A stretch of 64,000 nucleotides of DNA from a virus. Its lineage: Duplodnaviria > Caudoviricetes. The position numbers and the translations under genes are program-made. Location: the IMG/VR virus record IMGVR_UViG_3300034073_003276; one strand, given 5' to 3'. Positions within the stretch are counted from its first letter, which is position 1. The number at the start of each line of letters is the position of its first letter. Of this stretch, positions 17,045 to 26,899 are shown one piece after another. A model generated the notes under the pieces. It was not told the DNA's origin. It saw nothing but the letters and a program-made list of their open reading frames with translations, and did not search any database.

Positions 17045-17985
17045 TGAAATTCACACTCACACATAATTTCAGTTAGGCAGGCAAGCATATTGATTTCTTG
17101 GTCTGCTACGAATGCTGACTGATACTGATACTTAGCAAGCACAAGCACAGCAGCAGGAATGCTATTGTTTTCAAGGGCATTATAAAGAGCATCGTAAATA
17201 CGACGCAACAATACAGTAACATCATTATCAAGATTAGATACCACCCACTTACGGACTTCAGAAAAATTCTTTTCTTTAAGGTTTTGGATAAGGTCATTTA
17301 CAGCAACATCAGAAAAAGCAGCAAGAATACCAGAGTCGATTCTCCCACCAACAGAATATCGTTGGCACTCATTTAGAACTCTTCGGAAATCAGGGAAATG
17401 TTTTGAAACCAATTCCGCAAGGACTTTCTCATCGCACTCCACATTCTCCTTGACAAGGATTTGTTGAAGTCGTCGAAAGAAATTTCCTGCCAGTTTTGTT
17501 TTATCTTTTCCTTTGATTCCAAACTCAACGACGGCACATCGGGAGTGGAGAGGTTCGATGATTTTGTTTTTGTAGTTACAGGTGAAGATGAATCGGCAAT
17601 TTCCAGCAAATTCCTCAATAAACGCCCGTAGGAGGAGTTGAACGTCGTTTCCTGTGTTATCTGCTTCGTCAATAATGATGACTTTGTGTTTAGCATCTGA
17701 CGAAAGCGATACGGTCGAAGCAAAGTTTTTCGCATTGTTTCGGACAGTATCGAGGAATCTACCCTCGTCGGATCCATTGATGACATATACATCTACTCCA
17801 AGTTCGTTACAAAGTGCCTTAGCAACTGTGGTCTTTCCAATACCAGGAGGACCAGCAAGAAGCATATTGGGAATTTCACCCTTATTTAGAAACTCCTGGA
17901 AAGTCTGTTTCGTACTTTCAGGAAGAATACAATCTTCAATTGTCTTTGGGGCATATTTTGCTACCCACAAAAAATCATTATTCAT
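17041..17985 (-). CDS. gp44: Clamp loader large subunit
   Basis: WVAKYAP, GPPGIGKTT, IIDEAD, SRC, FPDFRR. Confidence 0.96.
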   Translation of the reverse strand: MNNDFLWVAKYAPKTIEDCILPESTKQTFQEFLNKGEIPNMLLAGPPGIGKTTVAKALCNELGVDVYVINGSDEGRFLDTVRNNAKNFASTVSLSSDAKHKVIIIDEADNTGNDVQLLLRAFIEEFAGNCRFIFTCNYKNKIIEPLHSRCAVVEFGIKGKDKTKLAGNFFRRLQQILVKENVECDEKVLAELVSKHFPDFRRVLNECQRYSVGGRIDSGILAAFSDVAVNDLIQNLKEKNFSEVRKWVVSNLDNDVTVLLRRIYDALYNALENNSIPAAVLVLAKYQYQSAFVADQEINMLACLTEIMCECEFQ

Positions 17986-17987
17986 AA

Positions 17988-18500
17988 TCAAATCCAAGAT
18001 GGTTTTCTTTGTGGCATTCGAAGGTAATTGTCTTTCACCCAGGGTTTTGAGGCAATATACCTTTTATAAGCAGTGAATGTATCAATGCTTTCATCAAATT
18101 TCCATTCTTCAGGCATTGCCCTAGCAAATGGAGACACTTCTGTAATCTTACCCTTAGGAAACAAATAGTATGCATCCACAAGAGTTTTGTAACAGGAGTG
18201 AGTTTTATTATACCGCAGGCAGTATTCATCTGACAAATTCAATCCCCATTTGATTAACCAATAGGCATTATGGATGCTTTCCATTGCCCACTTGGTGCAG
18301 GGATGATTGCGGAATGCTCCTTTCTCGGTCTTGTAGGGAGTGCCATCCTCTTTGGGGAGAGTGCCATATCCGTGCCCCCACTTCTTTGATGCCACGATAG
18401 AGAGCATCTGACAGCACTCTAGAGGCATTTTAACAATGTGTTTGTCAGGGAGACATATGGCACTCTCAGCAGGCCAAGGAGAAGTAACGAAGATATTCAT
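17988..18500 (-). CDS. Pyrimidine-dimer DNA glycosylase (DenV-like) family protein
   Basis: MNIF...DKHIVKMPLECCQML...HPCTKW signature. Confidence 0.75.
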   Translation of the reverse strand: MNIFVTSPWPAESAICLPDKHIVKMPLECCQMLSIVASKKWGHGYGTLPKEDGTPYKTEKGAFRNHPCTKWAMESIHNAYWLIKWGLNLSDEYCLRYNKTHSCYKTLVDAYYLFPKGKITEVSPFARAMPEEWKFDESIDTFTAYKRYIASKPWVKDNYLRMPQRKPSWI

Positions 18501-18913
18501 CAGAAACAGAACTTTTTCAAATAATAATTTACTTCTTCAGGTTTGTCTTCTAAGTAGTATGCTTCCATCTCATAAATGGTATGCTGATTGCTACTAGACC
18601 TCACAGAATTTTTAACATCAATTAATTTATTTGGAGGAAGATTGATGTTTTTTATTCCTAAAGGTCCACCCTTACAAGATTGTGCAACATGAACTGCTTC
18701 GTGATACACAGTTTCATTAATATAAAAGGAGGATGGGCTTATCCTATTTTTAATGTTATTGGTGCAGATTACAAAATTTGGACTTCTAGCAAATCCAAAT
18801 AACTCCTTGTCTCTACATACTGCACCATTCTCAACGACATTAAAGTTTTTCATCATAACGCGATTGATTATTTCATTACCAATCGGTGTCAAATAAAGAA
18901 GAAAGTCCATCAA
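18500..18913 (-). CDS. Hypothetical protein with HExxH motif
   Basis: YHEAVHVAQ...EMEAY. Confidence 0.6.
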   Translation of the reverse strand: MMDFLLYLTPIGNEIINRVMMKNFNVVENGAVCRDKELFGFARSPNFVICTNNIKNRISPSSFYINETVYHEAVHVAQSCKGGPLGIKNINLPPNKLIDVKNSVRSSSNQHTIYEMEAYYLEDKPEEVNYYLKKFCF

Positions 18914-19596
18914 CCAAAAGTAGAATCAGGTTCGAGAGCAATATAATAGGTGAGATTGTATTTGGTATTGGTAAACTGTGACAGAAGTTTAGAAGACACC
19001 ACAACATCATAGGCACCAGGAATAATCTTGATGTTTTCTACCTTGAAGTTGAAAGTAAACTCTTGGTCAGTCTCACCAACCACAATAGCATATTCGTTAG
19101 AAGTATCATTCTTCTTATCACGCACCACCAGTTTCACAACACCCGCCTCACCAATAGCAGAAAGGTCAGGGAGTTGATATACTGCTGCTGCTTTCACCAG
19201 TTTCTCCAGAGAAGTGCTATCCAGTTGGAAACAAACATCCTGAGAAGGAAGTTGAATATCTTTATCGGGAGGAGAGATGATTACATTAGGGTCGGCAAAG
19301 AAATACTTGACACGACGCTTACCTTCTTTGATGCTCAGATAGGAATCTTCTTTGAAATCAAGGTCAGGATCACTGTGAAGACTCAAACCATTCAGAAACT
19401 GATTGAGATCATAAATGGCAAAGTCACGGGGAAACTCTTCAGTAATATCTGCTTCTGCAAGAATATTCTTGGCAACAGAAATCGTGCGGAGTTTATTACC
19501 CTGCTTCACAAGAATAGAGTTGTTGATGCCAGCAAAGTTCTTGAGAATAGTCAGGGTGTTGTCAGAAAGTTTCATAGTTTTGTCTTGGATTTTCAT
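18910..19596 (-). CDS. gp45: Sliding clamp
   Basis: MKLSDNTLTILKNFAGINNSIL...YYIALEPDS. Confidence 0.95.
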   Translation of the reverse strand: MKIQDKTMKLSDNTLTILKNFAGINNSILVKQGNKLRTISVAKNILAEADITEEFPRDFAIYDLNQFLNGLSLHSDPDLDFKEDSYLSIKEGKRRVKYFFADPNVIISPPDKDIQLPSQDVCFQLDSTSLEKLVKAAAVYQLPDLSAIGEAGVVKLVVRDKKNDTSNEYAIVVGETDQEFTFNFKVENIKIIPGAYDVVVSSKLLSQFTNTKYNLTYYIALEPDSTFG

Positions 19597-19598
19597 AA

Positions 19599-20012
19599 TC
19601 AGCGAGAGAATTCAGTTAGACCATTATCTTTGCGAGTATAATGCCCATCAAAGTGGAGCAGAAGCATAGCATAATGAATCACTTTCATCAAGTCACGCTT
19701 GTTACGCCCATCTTTGTCACCATAACGACTTCCATATTTCAGTATATTTGCTTGACAGAAACCAGCGGCAAGTTTCTTCGCTGCCATCAAATCAATAGTT
19801 TGGATGTCATTATAACCATCCTCATCTCCACAGTAGTGACCGTGATAGGTGCTGGTAACATAATCCTGAACGTCTTTCAGGATTTTATCTTCATTATATT
19901 TCCAAAGATGATTAGTAGATTCGTTCATAGTTACAGGTCGTTTTTCAATTTCAATCATATCGTTTGTGTTGACTGAAAACACATATTCAGTTCCGTAAGG
20001 GTACTCATCCAT
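19599..20012 (-). CDS. Conserved cyanophage hypothetical protein (DUF3310-like)
   Basis: WKYNEDKIL...YHGHY...ANILKYGSRYGDKDG; start trimmed to the ATG downstream of the promoter. Confidence 0.65.
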   Translation of the reverse strand: MDEYPYGTEYVFSVNTNDMIEIEKRPVTMNESTNHLWKYNEDKILKDVQDYVTSTYHGHYCGDEDGYNDIQTIDLMAAKKLAAGFCQANILKYGSRYGDKDGRNKRDLMKVIHYAMLLLHFDGHYTRKDNGLTEFSR

Positions 20013-20040
20013 AATAAAGTGGCATAATTTACCTATCCCA

Positions 20041-20069
20041 ATTATATCAGAAAGGAGCGGGAGATGCAA
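20041..20069 (-). promoter_or_regulatory. Sigma70-type promoter in the 3' end of cobS
   Basis: TTGCAT-17 nt-TATAAT. Confidence 0.65.
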
Positions 20070-21159
20070 CTTCCTCAGAAGATTGCTCAACAGGCATTTG
20101 GAAATCAGCATCCACTTTATCGTAGAGTTCAAGAAATGCTTGCTTGGTTTCGTCATCAAAACGATTGACACACACTTGGATTGCTTTTGCCTTGTCCTTG
20201 AAGATGCTATAAGCACGAATAATGTGAACAAGACGGCGGGTGCTGATGATTTCCTCAATACCACCATCGTAGAAGGTCTTGCGGATAATGTCTGCCCAAT
20301 CAACCAACCGCTTACAGAAGTCGCGGTCTTCCACACCCAAGTCCAGAGCAACCCCTTCTAGAATCTTCTGCTCAGTGGCAGGAGCAGGATAGGACTGCTC
20401 AAAGGTTACAGGGAAACGCTCAAGGAATGCCTCATTGAGCACATTGGTGCCGATGAAGCGTCCATCGTCAGAACCTTTACCCTTGGTGTTTGCAGTAGCA
20501 ATCACATTAAAACCAGCAGCAGGTTTCACCCAGCGACCAATCTTTTTCAGGAAGACACCTTTACCTTCTAGAATAGACTGAAGGCAGAGGATTTTGTTGG
20601 AAGCAAGGTCGATTTCATCCAGGAGAAGGATTGCTCCTCGCTCAAGTGCTTCGATGACGGGACCGTTATGCCATGCAGTGTTCCCATCAACAAGCCTAAA
20701 ACCACCGATAAGATCATCTTCATCAGTTTCAATAGTAATGTTTACACGAATCAATTCACGCTTAAGTTGAGCACACGCTTGCTCCACACTGAACGTTTTA
20801 CCATTACCCGAAAGACCCGTAATAAACGTAGGGTAAAAGAGATTGGACTGAATAATTTTCTTAATATCGTTGAAATTACCAAACTTGACGAAGGTATCAT
20901 CTTTTTCTGGAATAAGGTTTTGTTCCACAGCAGGGAGAGCAGCACGTGCCTGATAAGAACGCTCAATCTCTTCGACACGTTCTTGAGTCACTTCCAAGTT
21001 CCAACGACCACGAGCAGTCTTGTAACTGGCAAGTTTGTTGGTGACAGTCTGGTAGTTGGTGCTATTCATCGCACACCAAGCACGAATGTCTGCAGCAGTC
21101 ACAGAGTCGCCATACAGACTTTGGAGAGAAGTGCGGATGTAATCAGCAGAGAGGGACAT
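20047..21159 (-). CDS. cobS: CobS/MoxR-like AAA+ ATPase
   Basis: GLSGNGKT, LLLDEID, TANTKG, AFLERF, STRRL. Confidence 0.9.
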   Translation of the reverse strand: MSLSADYIRTSLQSLYGDSVTAADIRAWCAMNSTNYQTVTNKLASYKTARGRWNLEVTQERVEEIERSYQARAALPAVEQNLIPEKDDTFVKFGNFNDIKKIIQSNLFYPTFITGLSGNGKTFSVEQACAQLKRELIRVNITIETDEDDLIGGFRLVDGNTAWHNGPVIEALERGAILLLDEIDLASNKILCLQSILEGKGVFLKKIGRWVKPAAGFNVIATANTKGKGSDDGRFIGTNVLNEAFLERFPVTFEQSYPAPATEQKILEGVALDLGVEDRDFCKRLVDWADIIRKTFYDGGIEEIISTRRLVHIIRAYSIFKDKAKAIQVCVNRFDDETKQAFLELYDKVDADFQMPVEQSSEEVASPAPF

Positions 21160-21240
21160 AATGAAGTTGGAGGTCGTTTCGTTTCAACAAAGTAATTATA
21201 CAAGAAAAAAGGGGGCAACCAAGTGCCTCCTGTGACAGTT

Positions 21241-21432
21241 TTAAGACTGGACATGCTGATTTCGCAACTCATTCAAATAATCCTCACTCGCAATATGAGG
21301 AGTGTATCCAGGATAAAATTGCTTAACAATAGAACTAATACCCATCGCAGTAATCGCACTATCACACTTTACCCAGACTTCTTTAGTATCGTATTTAACG
21401 ACGTGTTCAAATGGAAATTTAGTCTTCTTCAT
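21241..21432 (-). CDS. Hypothetical protein (63 aa)
   Basis: MKKTKFPFEHVV...; start is uncertain. Confidence 0.55.
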   Translation of the reverse strand: MKKTKFPFEHVVKYDTKEVWVKCDSAITAMGISSIVKQFYPGYTPHIASEDYLNELRNQHVQS

Positions 21433-21976
21433 AAGTAAATGTTTTGTTTTTGACTTTTGTATCAAACTCACCAGTTCTTCCTGGTTTCATTTTACCAACT
21501 CCAACATTCTTTCCTTTACCAGGCCAAGATGTTTTTGAAGTTCCTTTAAGTGTAGCAGACCCTTTTGGTTTACGTTGAATCAATACAGAATCTTGGTCGT
21601 CTTTGGATGAACCCTTTACATTACGCTTGTGCTTTAATCCACCTTCGGTTCCAAGTTTCTCTACTGTCTTCTTAAACTTCCTCTTACCCATTTTACCAGA
21701 AGAAACTACGTGAGATTTTTCACCCACTTTTTTCTCTTCTGGAGTTCCTGGGTTTTCAGTGTAACGTCCAGATACTTTAGTAGGTCCTGGAAGACCAGCA
21801 CCTCTAATTCTTCTTTCGGTTCTTGCAGACCTTTCCTTGTTTTCTTTTTTAGATTTGTCCCCCCTTTGACCTGAAAGAATCGCTATTCCACCCTTTTCAG
21901 ACTTTCTCATTACACGAGTAAGAGAAGTCTCTTGGATAGAATAACATTCTATCATAAATTCTTGAAAAGTCTTCAT
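21419..21976 (-). CDS. Basic protein with capsid-targeting-like N-terminus
   Basis: MKTFQEFMIE start; CTAAATA at 21997-22003. Confidence 0.6.
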   Translation of the reverse strand: MKTFQEFMIECYSIQETSLTRVMRKSEKGGIAILSGQRGDKSKKENKERSARTERRIRGAGLPGPTKVSGRYTENPGTPEEKKVGEKSHVVSSGKMGKRKFKKTVEKLGTEGGLKHKRNVKGSSKDDQDSVLIQRKPKGSATLKGTSKTSWPGKGKNVGVGKMKPGRTGEFDTKVKNKTFTYEED

Positions 21977-22003
21977 TTTTACAGACACTTTTTGAATATT
22001 TAG

Positions 22004-24160
22004 TTATGCAACCAACTCCACAAACTCACCAAGAATCTTTTTATTCATCTTCTTAGTTTTGAGACTTTTCACAAAAGCAGATTTGATTTGTGCCTTTGTG
22101 GCATCATCCGCAACCTCAAATTCAGATTCCTGAGAAAGAGTTGCTGAAGAAAGACCAAAGTAAGAATGATATCCAGAAGACTTGATAGTAAATGCCTTTT
22201 CTTTCTTCCAGGAATTCATTACCTTATCATACTCAGTGCCATAATATCCGCAGTATTGACGAATAAAAGCACCAGCATCACGGGATTGGAGCACACGAAT
22301 ACCAATAAAATTAATGTCGGTAAACCTGTCCCTCAGATTGCGAAGAAGAATATTGGTGAAATCATGATACTCACAATCGCAAGAATAGGTCATTCCAGTC
22401 TTACGGTCACGGATAAAAGCATTCGGTCCAATATGTGCCGTTCCCAGATAAGGTTCTTCCTCCCACCGACGTTGGACTTCACGATGATACTTGAGAAGGC
22501 ATCCTTCACCATCGGTCAAAATTACACACTGGACTTTCTGGAGTTTGTTTTCTTTCTGGAATTTAGGAAGAATTTGATGTAGAGCAATCAGAGACTCATT
22601 CAAAGGCGTGCCAGAAAGACTCATACCTACAGGAGCAGCATAATAACAGTGAGAGTTGTAACGGAAAGAAGCAGCAAGACGGAAGATATTCCTCATCTGC
22701 TCATCCAGAGTCTTACCATTCACTTTGCTGGTAAGAAGATTCATCAGAGAAAACCATTCACCAACTTGTACAAGACCATTCTTCTTTTTGTAAGCAAGTT
22801 CACGATAACTTGCCTTGCCTTGCTCATCATACCTCACCAAAGGATAATCAGTCGTGAAAGCATAAACCTCAAAGGGAATATTGACTTTCTTACAAAACCA
22901 GACAAGGTTGAAGAGTTGCTTGACAGTATCCAACATCACATCAGACATTGACCCAGACCAGTCAAGAATAAACACCAGACCGTGATTCTTACCATCGGCA
23001 AGGGTGGTTACCTTCTTGAAAATATCTTCATTGTATTTGTAGGTATGAAGTTTGGAGCAATCCAATACACCAGTGCGGGAAGTTGTGGCACGAGCATAGG
23101 AATCTGCTGCCTTGCGACACTCAAACTCTTTCACAAGATAGTTGACTTCCTTTTGTGCCGACCGTTTGAATTCTACAAACTCCTTATCAACTTGACCAAA
23201 GATATTTTCGTAAGAATATTCCCTCTCCTCAAGAAAACTATCCCAAGAATTCTTACAATTATCGTGAATTTCTTGGTTAGGGACAATGACTTTATCCAAT
23301 TCAAGTTTAGGCAATTCAAGATAGACATTCTCATATCCATCATTATTGACAAGTTCTTTCAGTGCCTCTTCCAGAGACTCCATTGTCTTGACTTCAGGTT
23401 CTTCATCTTTTTCACCACCCCCATTTGAGGGTTGCTGTTGAGGTTTCTGCTGAGGATTTTCCTCAGAAGAGGGAGCACCTTCAGACCCTTCAGATTCAGG
23501 TTGGTCGTTTTCACCTTCCTGCTGGTCGATAAAATCAGAGGCAGGTTGCTGACTCGCACCACTGTCCTGCGACTCCAGATTATCCAGAGAAATCTTGGTT
23601 TCTTCCTGCTGCTTTTGCTTACAATACTTATACAGTGCTTCTGCTGCCACCAGCACATCAGCAAAGGTCTCAGTATCAGCAATCAGATTGATGATTTCAG
23701 TCTCTTCACCACGCTCAATGGGAATATCAATATAGTTTCCAATCTTGAACCAGAGGTTAGCACGGTCGGCAAGATTATAGGTTTCGATTTTGTCATCTTT
23801 GATTTGAAAGAAGTCATCATCAGCAAGTTCTTTATATCCATTGAAGAAAGTCTTTGCCAGACCAGCATAACGACGTTTCATCAGTTTCTCAATGCGAGCA
23901 TCCTCAACCACATTCACAAACTGTGGAGGAATCTTGTGCTCCTTCAACCAATCCTCATCGGGCGTTTCCAATGCGTGTCCGCACTCGTGGGCGACAAGAA
24001 GGTCATACACAGTGTTGCTTGCCTTTTCCCACATTGGAAGAGTCAGCACACGAGTGTGGACATTGAAGCAAGCAGTCTCTACTTTCTTATGCTCTACCAC
24101 CAAATCCTCAGTGGCAAGCAGTTTAGCAAGTTGAGATTTGATTTCGTGGCGGACGGTCAT
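22004..24160 (-). CDS. Peptidase/VWA (CobT-like) protein
   Basis: N-terminal VAHECGH...EDARIE, acidic linker, VWA LDWSGSM...SGTP...ILTDGE. Confidence 0.85.
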   Translation of the reverse strand: MTVRHEIKSQLAKLLATEDLVVEHKKVETACFNVHTRVLTLPMWEKASNTVYDLLVAHECGHALETPDEDWLKEHKIPPQFVNVVEDARIEKLMKRRYAGLAKTFFNGYKELADDDFFQIKDDKIETYNLADRANLWFKIGNYIDIPIERGEETEIINLIADTETFADVLVAAEALYKYCKQKQQEETKISLDNLESQDSGASQQPASDFIDQQEGENDQPESEGSEGAPSSEENPQQKPQQQPSNGGGEKDEEPEVKTMESLEEALKELVNNDGYENVYLELPKLELDKVIVPNQEIHDNCKNSWDSFLEEREYSYENIFGQVDKEFVEFKRSAQKEVNYLVKEFECRKAADSYARATTSRTGVLDCSKLHTYKYNEDIFKKVTTLADGKNHGLVFILDWSGSMSDVMLDTVKQLFNLVWFCKKVNIPFEVYAFTTDYPLVRYDEQGKASYRELAYKKKNGLVQVGEWFSLMNLLTSKVNGKTLDEQMRNIFRLAASFRYNSHCYYAAPVGMSLSGTPLNESLIALHQILPKFQKENKLQKVQCVILTDGEGCLLKYHREVQRRWEEEPYLGTAHIGPNAFIRDRKTGMTYSCDCEYHDFTNILLRNLRDRFTDINFIGIRVLQSRDAGAFIRQYCGYYGTEYDKVMNSWKKEKAFTIKSSGYHSYFGLSSATLSQESEFEVADDATKAQIKSAFVKSLKTKKMNKKILGEFVELVA

Positions 24161-24237
24161 AGATTTGTTTCAGATGCCCTTATTATACAAAAAAAGGAGG
24201 TCTTGCGACCTCCCAGTGGACAGTTTGGAAAGTGGAC

Positions 24238-25011
24238 TCAGGCACCTTTTACCTGAGAAGATGCTCCAGATCCACCTTTCTTTTCTTGCTCAATTTTTTC
24301 TCTTTCTTGCTGACGGACTTTTTCAGTCTGTCTTCTTTGAAGTTCTGCACCAGCCATATTAGCACCGAAAGAACCATATGCTTCAACAATATTCTGCTTC
24401 CACTCTTCACTCATATTTGCCATAATAGCAAGTGCTGCTTGATTGGTGTCAGCATAACCTTCGGCAACTAGGTGCTCTAGAATAACATCAAAAATATCAA
24501 CTTCTTCCTTGCGAAGTTTTGCTAATACTGCACCAGCAACTTTCTTACCACGCTCCTCTGACCCATAACGCTCACCTGCTTCTTTAGCAATTTTGGAAAA
24601 CATCTTTCCAGGTTTTCCAATGTCCTCACCTGCTCTTGCTTTCTTAGCAGAGTAAGAAACTTCTTCTTTCATTTTCTTTTCTTCTGGACTAGAACCAAAA
24701 GTGCTATGGACCAGTTTATCTAACTTTGTATGAAACTTTTCTTCTTTCTTTTTAGGAACTCCACCATTCTTTGCTTCTTCAGCAAGTTTTAACTCATTTG
24801 GAGCATACTTAACTTTCTTACCGTCTTCACGCTTCACAGTATAATACTTCTCATCTTCCTTACCATCAGGTTTGTCAAGTTTAACAACCTCACCTTCCAT
24901 TCCACTCTTCTTACAAACAACTTCATCACCAACTTTAAAGTGTGATTCGGAAAGATTAGCATAAATGGAAGAATATGCTTCCATTAATCCTACAATTTCT
25001 TGATTTCTCAT
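24238..25011 (-). CDS. Charged late protein, probable internal head protein
   Basis: TATAAATA at 25032-25039; LMEA, LSES, LAEE, MKEE, IVEA sites; KOW/SH3-like segment. Confidence 0.55.
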   Translation of the reverse strand: MRNQEIVGLMEAYSSIYANLSESHFKVGDEVVCKKSGMEGEVVKLDKPDGKEDEKYYTVKREDGKKVKYAPNELKLAEEAKNGGVPKKKEEKFHTKLDKLVHSTFGSSPEEKKMKEEVSYSAKKARAGEDIGKPGKMFSKIAKEAGERYGSEERGKKVAGAVLAKLRKEEVDIFDVILEHLVAEGYADTNQAALAIMANMSEEWKQNIVEAYGSFGANMAGAELQRRQTEKVRQQEREKIEQEKKGGSGASSQVKGA

Positions 25012-25034
25012 TTTTTATAAGACTTTTTAGGTAT

Positions 25035-25172
25035 TTATAAAAAAGAAGCGTCCCCGCTTTGGAGACGCTTCTTGAGTGCTTGGCGGCGTGCCTTTGCTTG
25101 TCGGAGTGCTTGCGGTTTCAATTTCCGCTTCTGCTCCTTCTTAGAGTGGTGCTGCCAGTTTGGAAGTTTCAT
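25035..25172 (-). CDS. Small basic protein (45 aa, MKLPNWQHHSKK...), not in ORF track
   Basis: Hand-translated; TAATG-coupled to gp46. Confidence 0.75.
   Translation of the reverse strand: MKLPNWQHHSKKEQKRKLKPQALRQAKARRQALKKRLQSGDASFL
25037..25073 (-). terminator. Rho-independent terminator
   Basis: AAGAAGCGTC/GACGCTTCTT stem plus T-run. Confidence 0.7.
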
Positions 25173-26899
25173 TAGTCTTGTGCTTGTGAGGACATCATAC
25201 GGGAAAAACCCTTGACTTTCTCAAAACGGAGGACACTTTCAAATTTGTCATGTAGCTCTGCCTTATGAGAGATGACGAATATATTAGCATCCTTAATGAC
25301 ATAACGAATAATCTTCAAAAACTCATCGGTGCCGAAACCATCAAGTGAGGAATCAAATACCTCATCCATAATCAGCAGATTAGTATTCACAGAGTTTTTG
25401 ACTCTTGCTACTTCTCTCCAGGTAAAGAGTAGTGCTAGGTCGATTCTCATTTTCTCACCTTCACTGAAGGAACTATACGAAAAGTCTTCGTGAATGGGAG
25501 ATTTCACCGTTTCATTAAACTCTTCATCAAGATGGAAATTAATATAAAAATCCATCATCTGAAGATAACGATTGACCTGCTGATTTATGAAGGGAAGATA
25601 CTTTTTAATAATCTTCGTTTTTACACCATCATCCTTGAGTAAGGAATAGGCGAAATCGTAATAAACGATTTCTTCTTTTTTCTTTGAGAGGTCTTCGAAT
25701 GTTTTTTGGAGATTTTCTTTAAATTCTTCTAGTTTCTCATGTTCAGTATTTCTGTTTTTAAGTTGCTCGGTAATTGTTTGAATTTCAGTTTCAAGATCTC
25801 GGATTTGTCGCTGGTTAAGTGATATCCGAGTATTGTTTTGAGAAATCTCATGGTTGAGTTTTGTAATCTCCTTAGATAGAGCAATAAATTGACGCTCTCG
25901 TTCTTGTTCTATCTTTATGGTCTCTTCCAGGTCTTCATAACCCTTCTTGAGTTCCTTTGCTTTATTTTGAGCGTCTGTAATTCTATTTAACCGAAATTCT
26001 TCCTCAATAGTCTGAGTACAAGTGGGGCATACCGTATTCTCAGTGAAAAACTTATGCTCTTTCGTAATGACAGATACTTTCTGGGAAATTTTACCTCTTA
26101 GATTGTTTAGTTTTACTAACTTTTCACCAGCACCAACAACTTCTTCCTGCTCCTTTGTATATTGAATAATGCCTTCCTCGGTCTTAGCATTTTCAATCAT
26201 ATAAATGCCAACTTCTTTGTCTAGATTGGCAATCTTTTCTTTATTGGCATTTATATTGGCATTTCCACGATTCTCAAGTTCTTCGATGAAGTTTTGCTGC
26301 ATCTTCATCTTCTCTTTCAAATTCTCTTTACGCAACTCAAGAGATTTCACTTGATCTTTCTGTGTGCGAATTCTATCCTTGATGAGATTATTCATCGCAG
26401 AGAAAATACGAATATCAAGCAAATCTTCAATTACCTCACGACGATGTGCCGTTGGGAGTTGCATAAAGGGCACAAAGGTGCTACTACCCAAAATTACAAT
26501 CTGAGTAAAAGACTTATAATTTACTTTGAGAATATTTTCTTCCAGAATTTTTTGATTTGCGCGGTCATCTGCTTCCTTATGGAGTGATTGACCATTTACT
26601 TCAATGTCAAAAACATTTGGTTTAATTCCACGGCGGACAAGATAATCTCTACTATTCGTCGAGAATTCAATTTCAACTAAACAATCTTTTTCATTTGCAG
26701 TATTGACTAGTTGTGGTTTATTGATTTTACGAAATGGTTTGTTGAAAAGAACAAAAGTAAGTGCATCTAGGATAGTAGATTTACCTGCACCATTCGTCCC
26801 AATAATCAGATTTGTATTGTGCTTCTCAAAATCAACCTCAGTCCACTGATTACCAGTAGAGAGGAAGTTTTTCCATTTAATCTTGTGAAATACTAGCAT
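25172..26899 (-). CDS. gp46: Recombination endonuclease, SbcC/Rad50-like ATPase subunit
   Basis: GTNGAGKST, CPTC hook, FSEGEK, IMDEVFD. Confidence 0.96.
   Translation of the reverse strand: MLVFHKIKWKNFLSTGNQWTEVDFEKHNTNLIIGTNGAGKSTILDALTFVLFNKPFRKINKPQLVNTANEKDCLVEIEFSTNSRDYLVRRGIKPNVFDIEVNGQSLHKEADDRANQKILEENILKVNYKSFTQIVILGSSTFVPFMQLPTAHRREVIEDLLDIRIFSAMNNLIKDRIRTQKDQVKSLELRKENLKEKMKMQQNFIEELENRGNANINANKEKIANLDKEVGIYMIENAKTEEGIIQYTKEQEEVVGAGEKLVKLNNLRGKISQKVSVITKEHKFFTENTVCPTCTQTIEEEFRLNRITDAQNKAKELKKGYEDLEETIKIEQERERQFIALSKEITKLNHEISQNNTRISLNQRQIRDLETEIQTITEQLKNRNTEHEKLEEFKENLQKTFEDLSKKKEEIVYYDFAYSLLKDDGVKTKIIKKYLPFINQQVNRYLQMMDFYINFHLDEEFNETVKSPIHEDFSYSSFSEGEKMRIDLALLFTWREVARVKNSVNTNLLIMDEVFDSSLDGFGTDEFLKIIRYVIKDANIFVISHKAELHDKFESVLRFEKVKGFSRMMSSQAQD

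Noticed and set aside
20013-20351. Long upstream extension of the 250-aa ORF
   Set aside because: Out-of-frame overlap with cobS, and lies upstream of the promoter at 20041-20069
20047-21159. Cobalamin biosynthesis pathway implied by the cobS label
   Set aside because: No CobN or other cob genes; it is better read as a MoxR-type ATPase
23432-24256. 274-aa plus-strand ORF and the other plus-strand ORFs
   Set aside because: Antisense shadows of strong minus-strand genes; F/L/S-rich with no motifs or RBS
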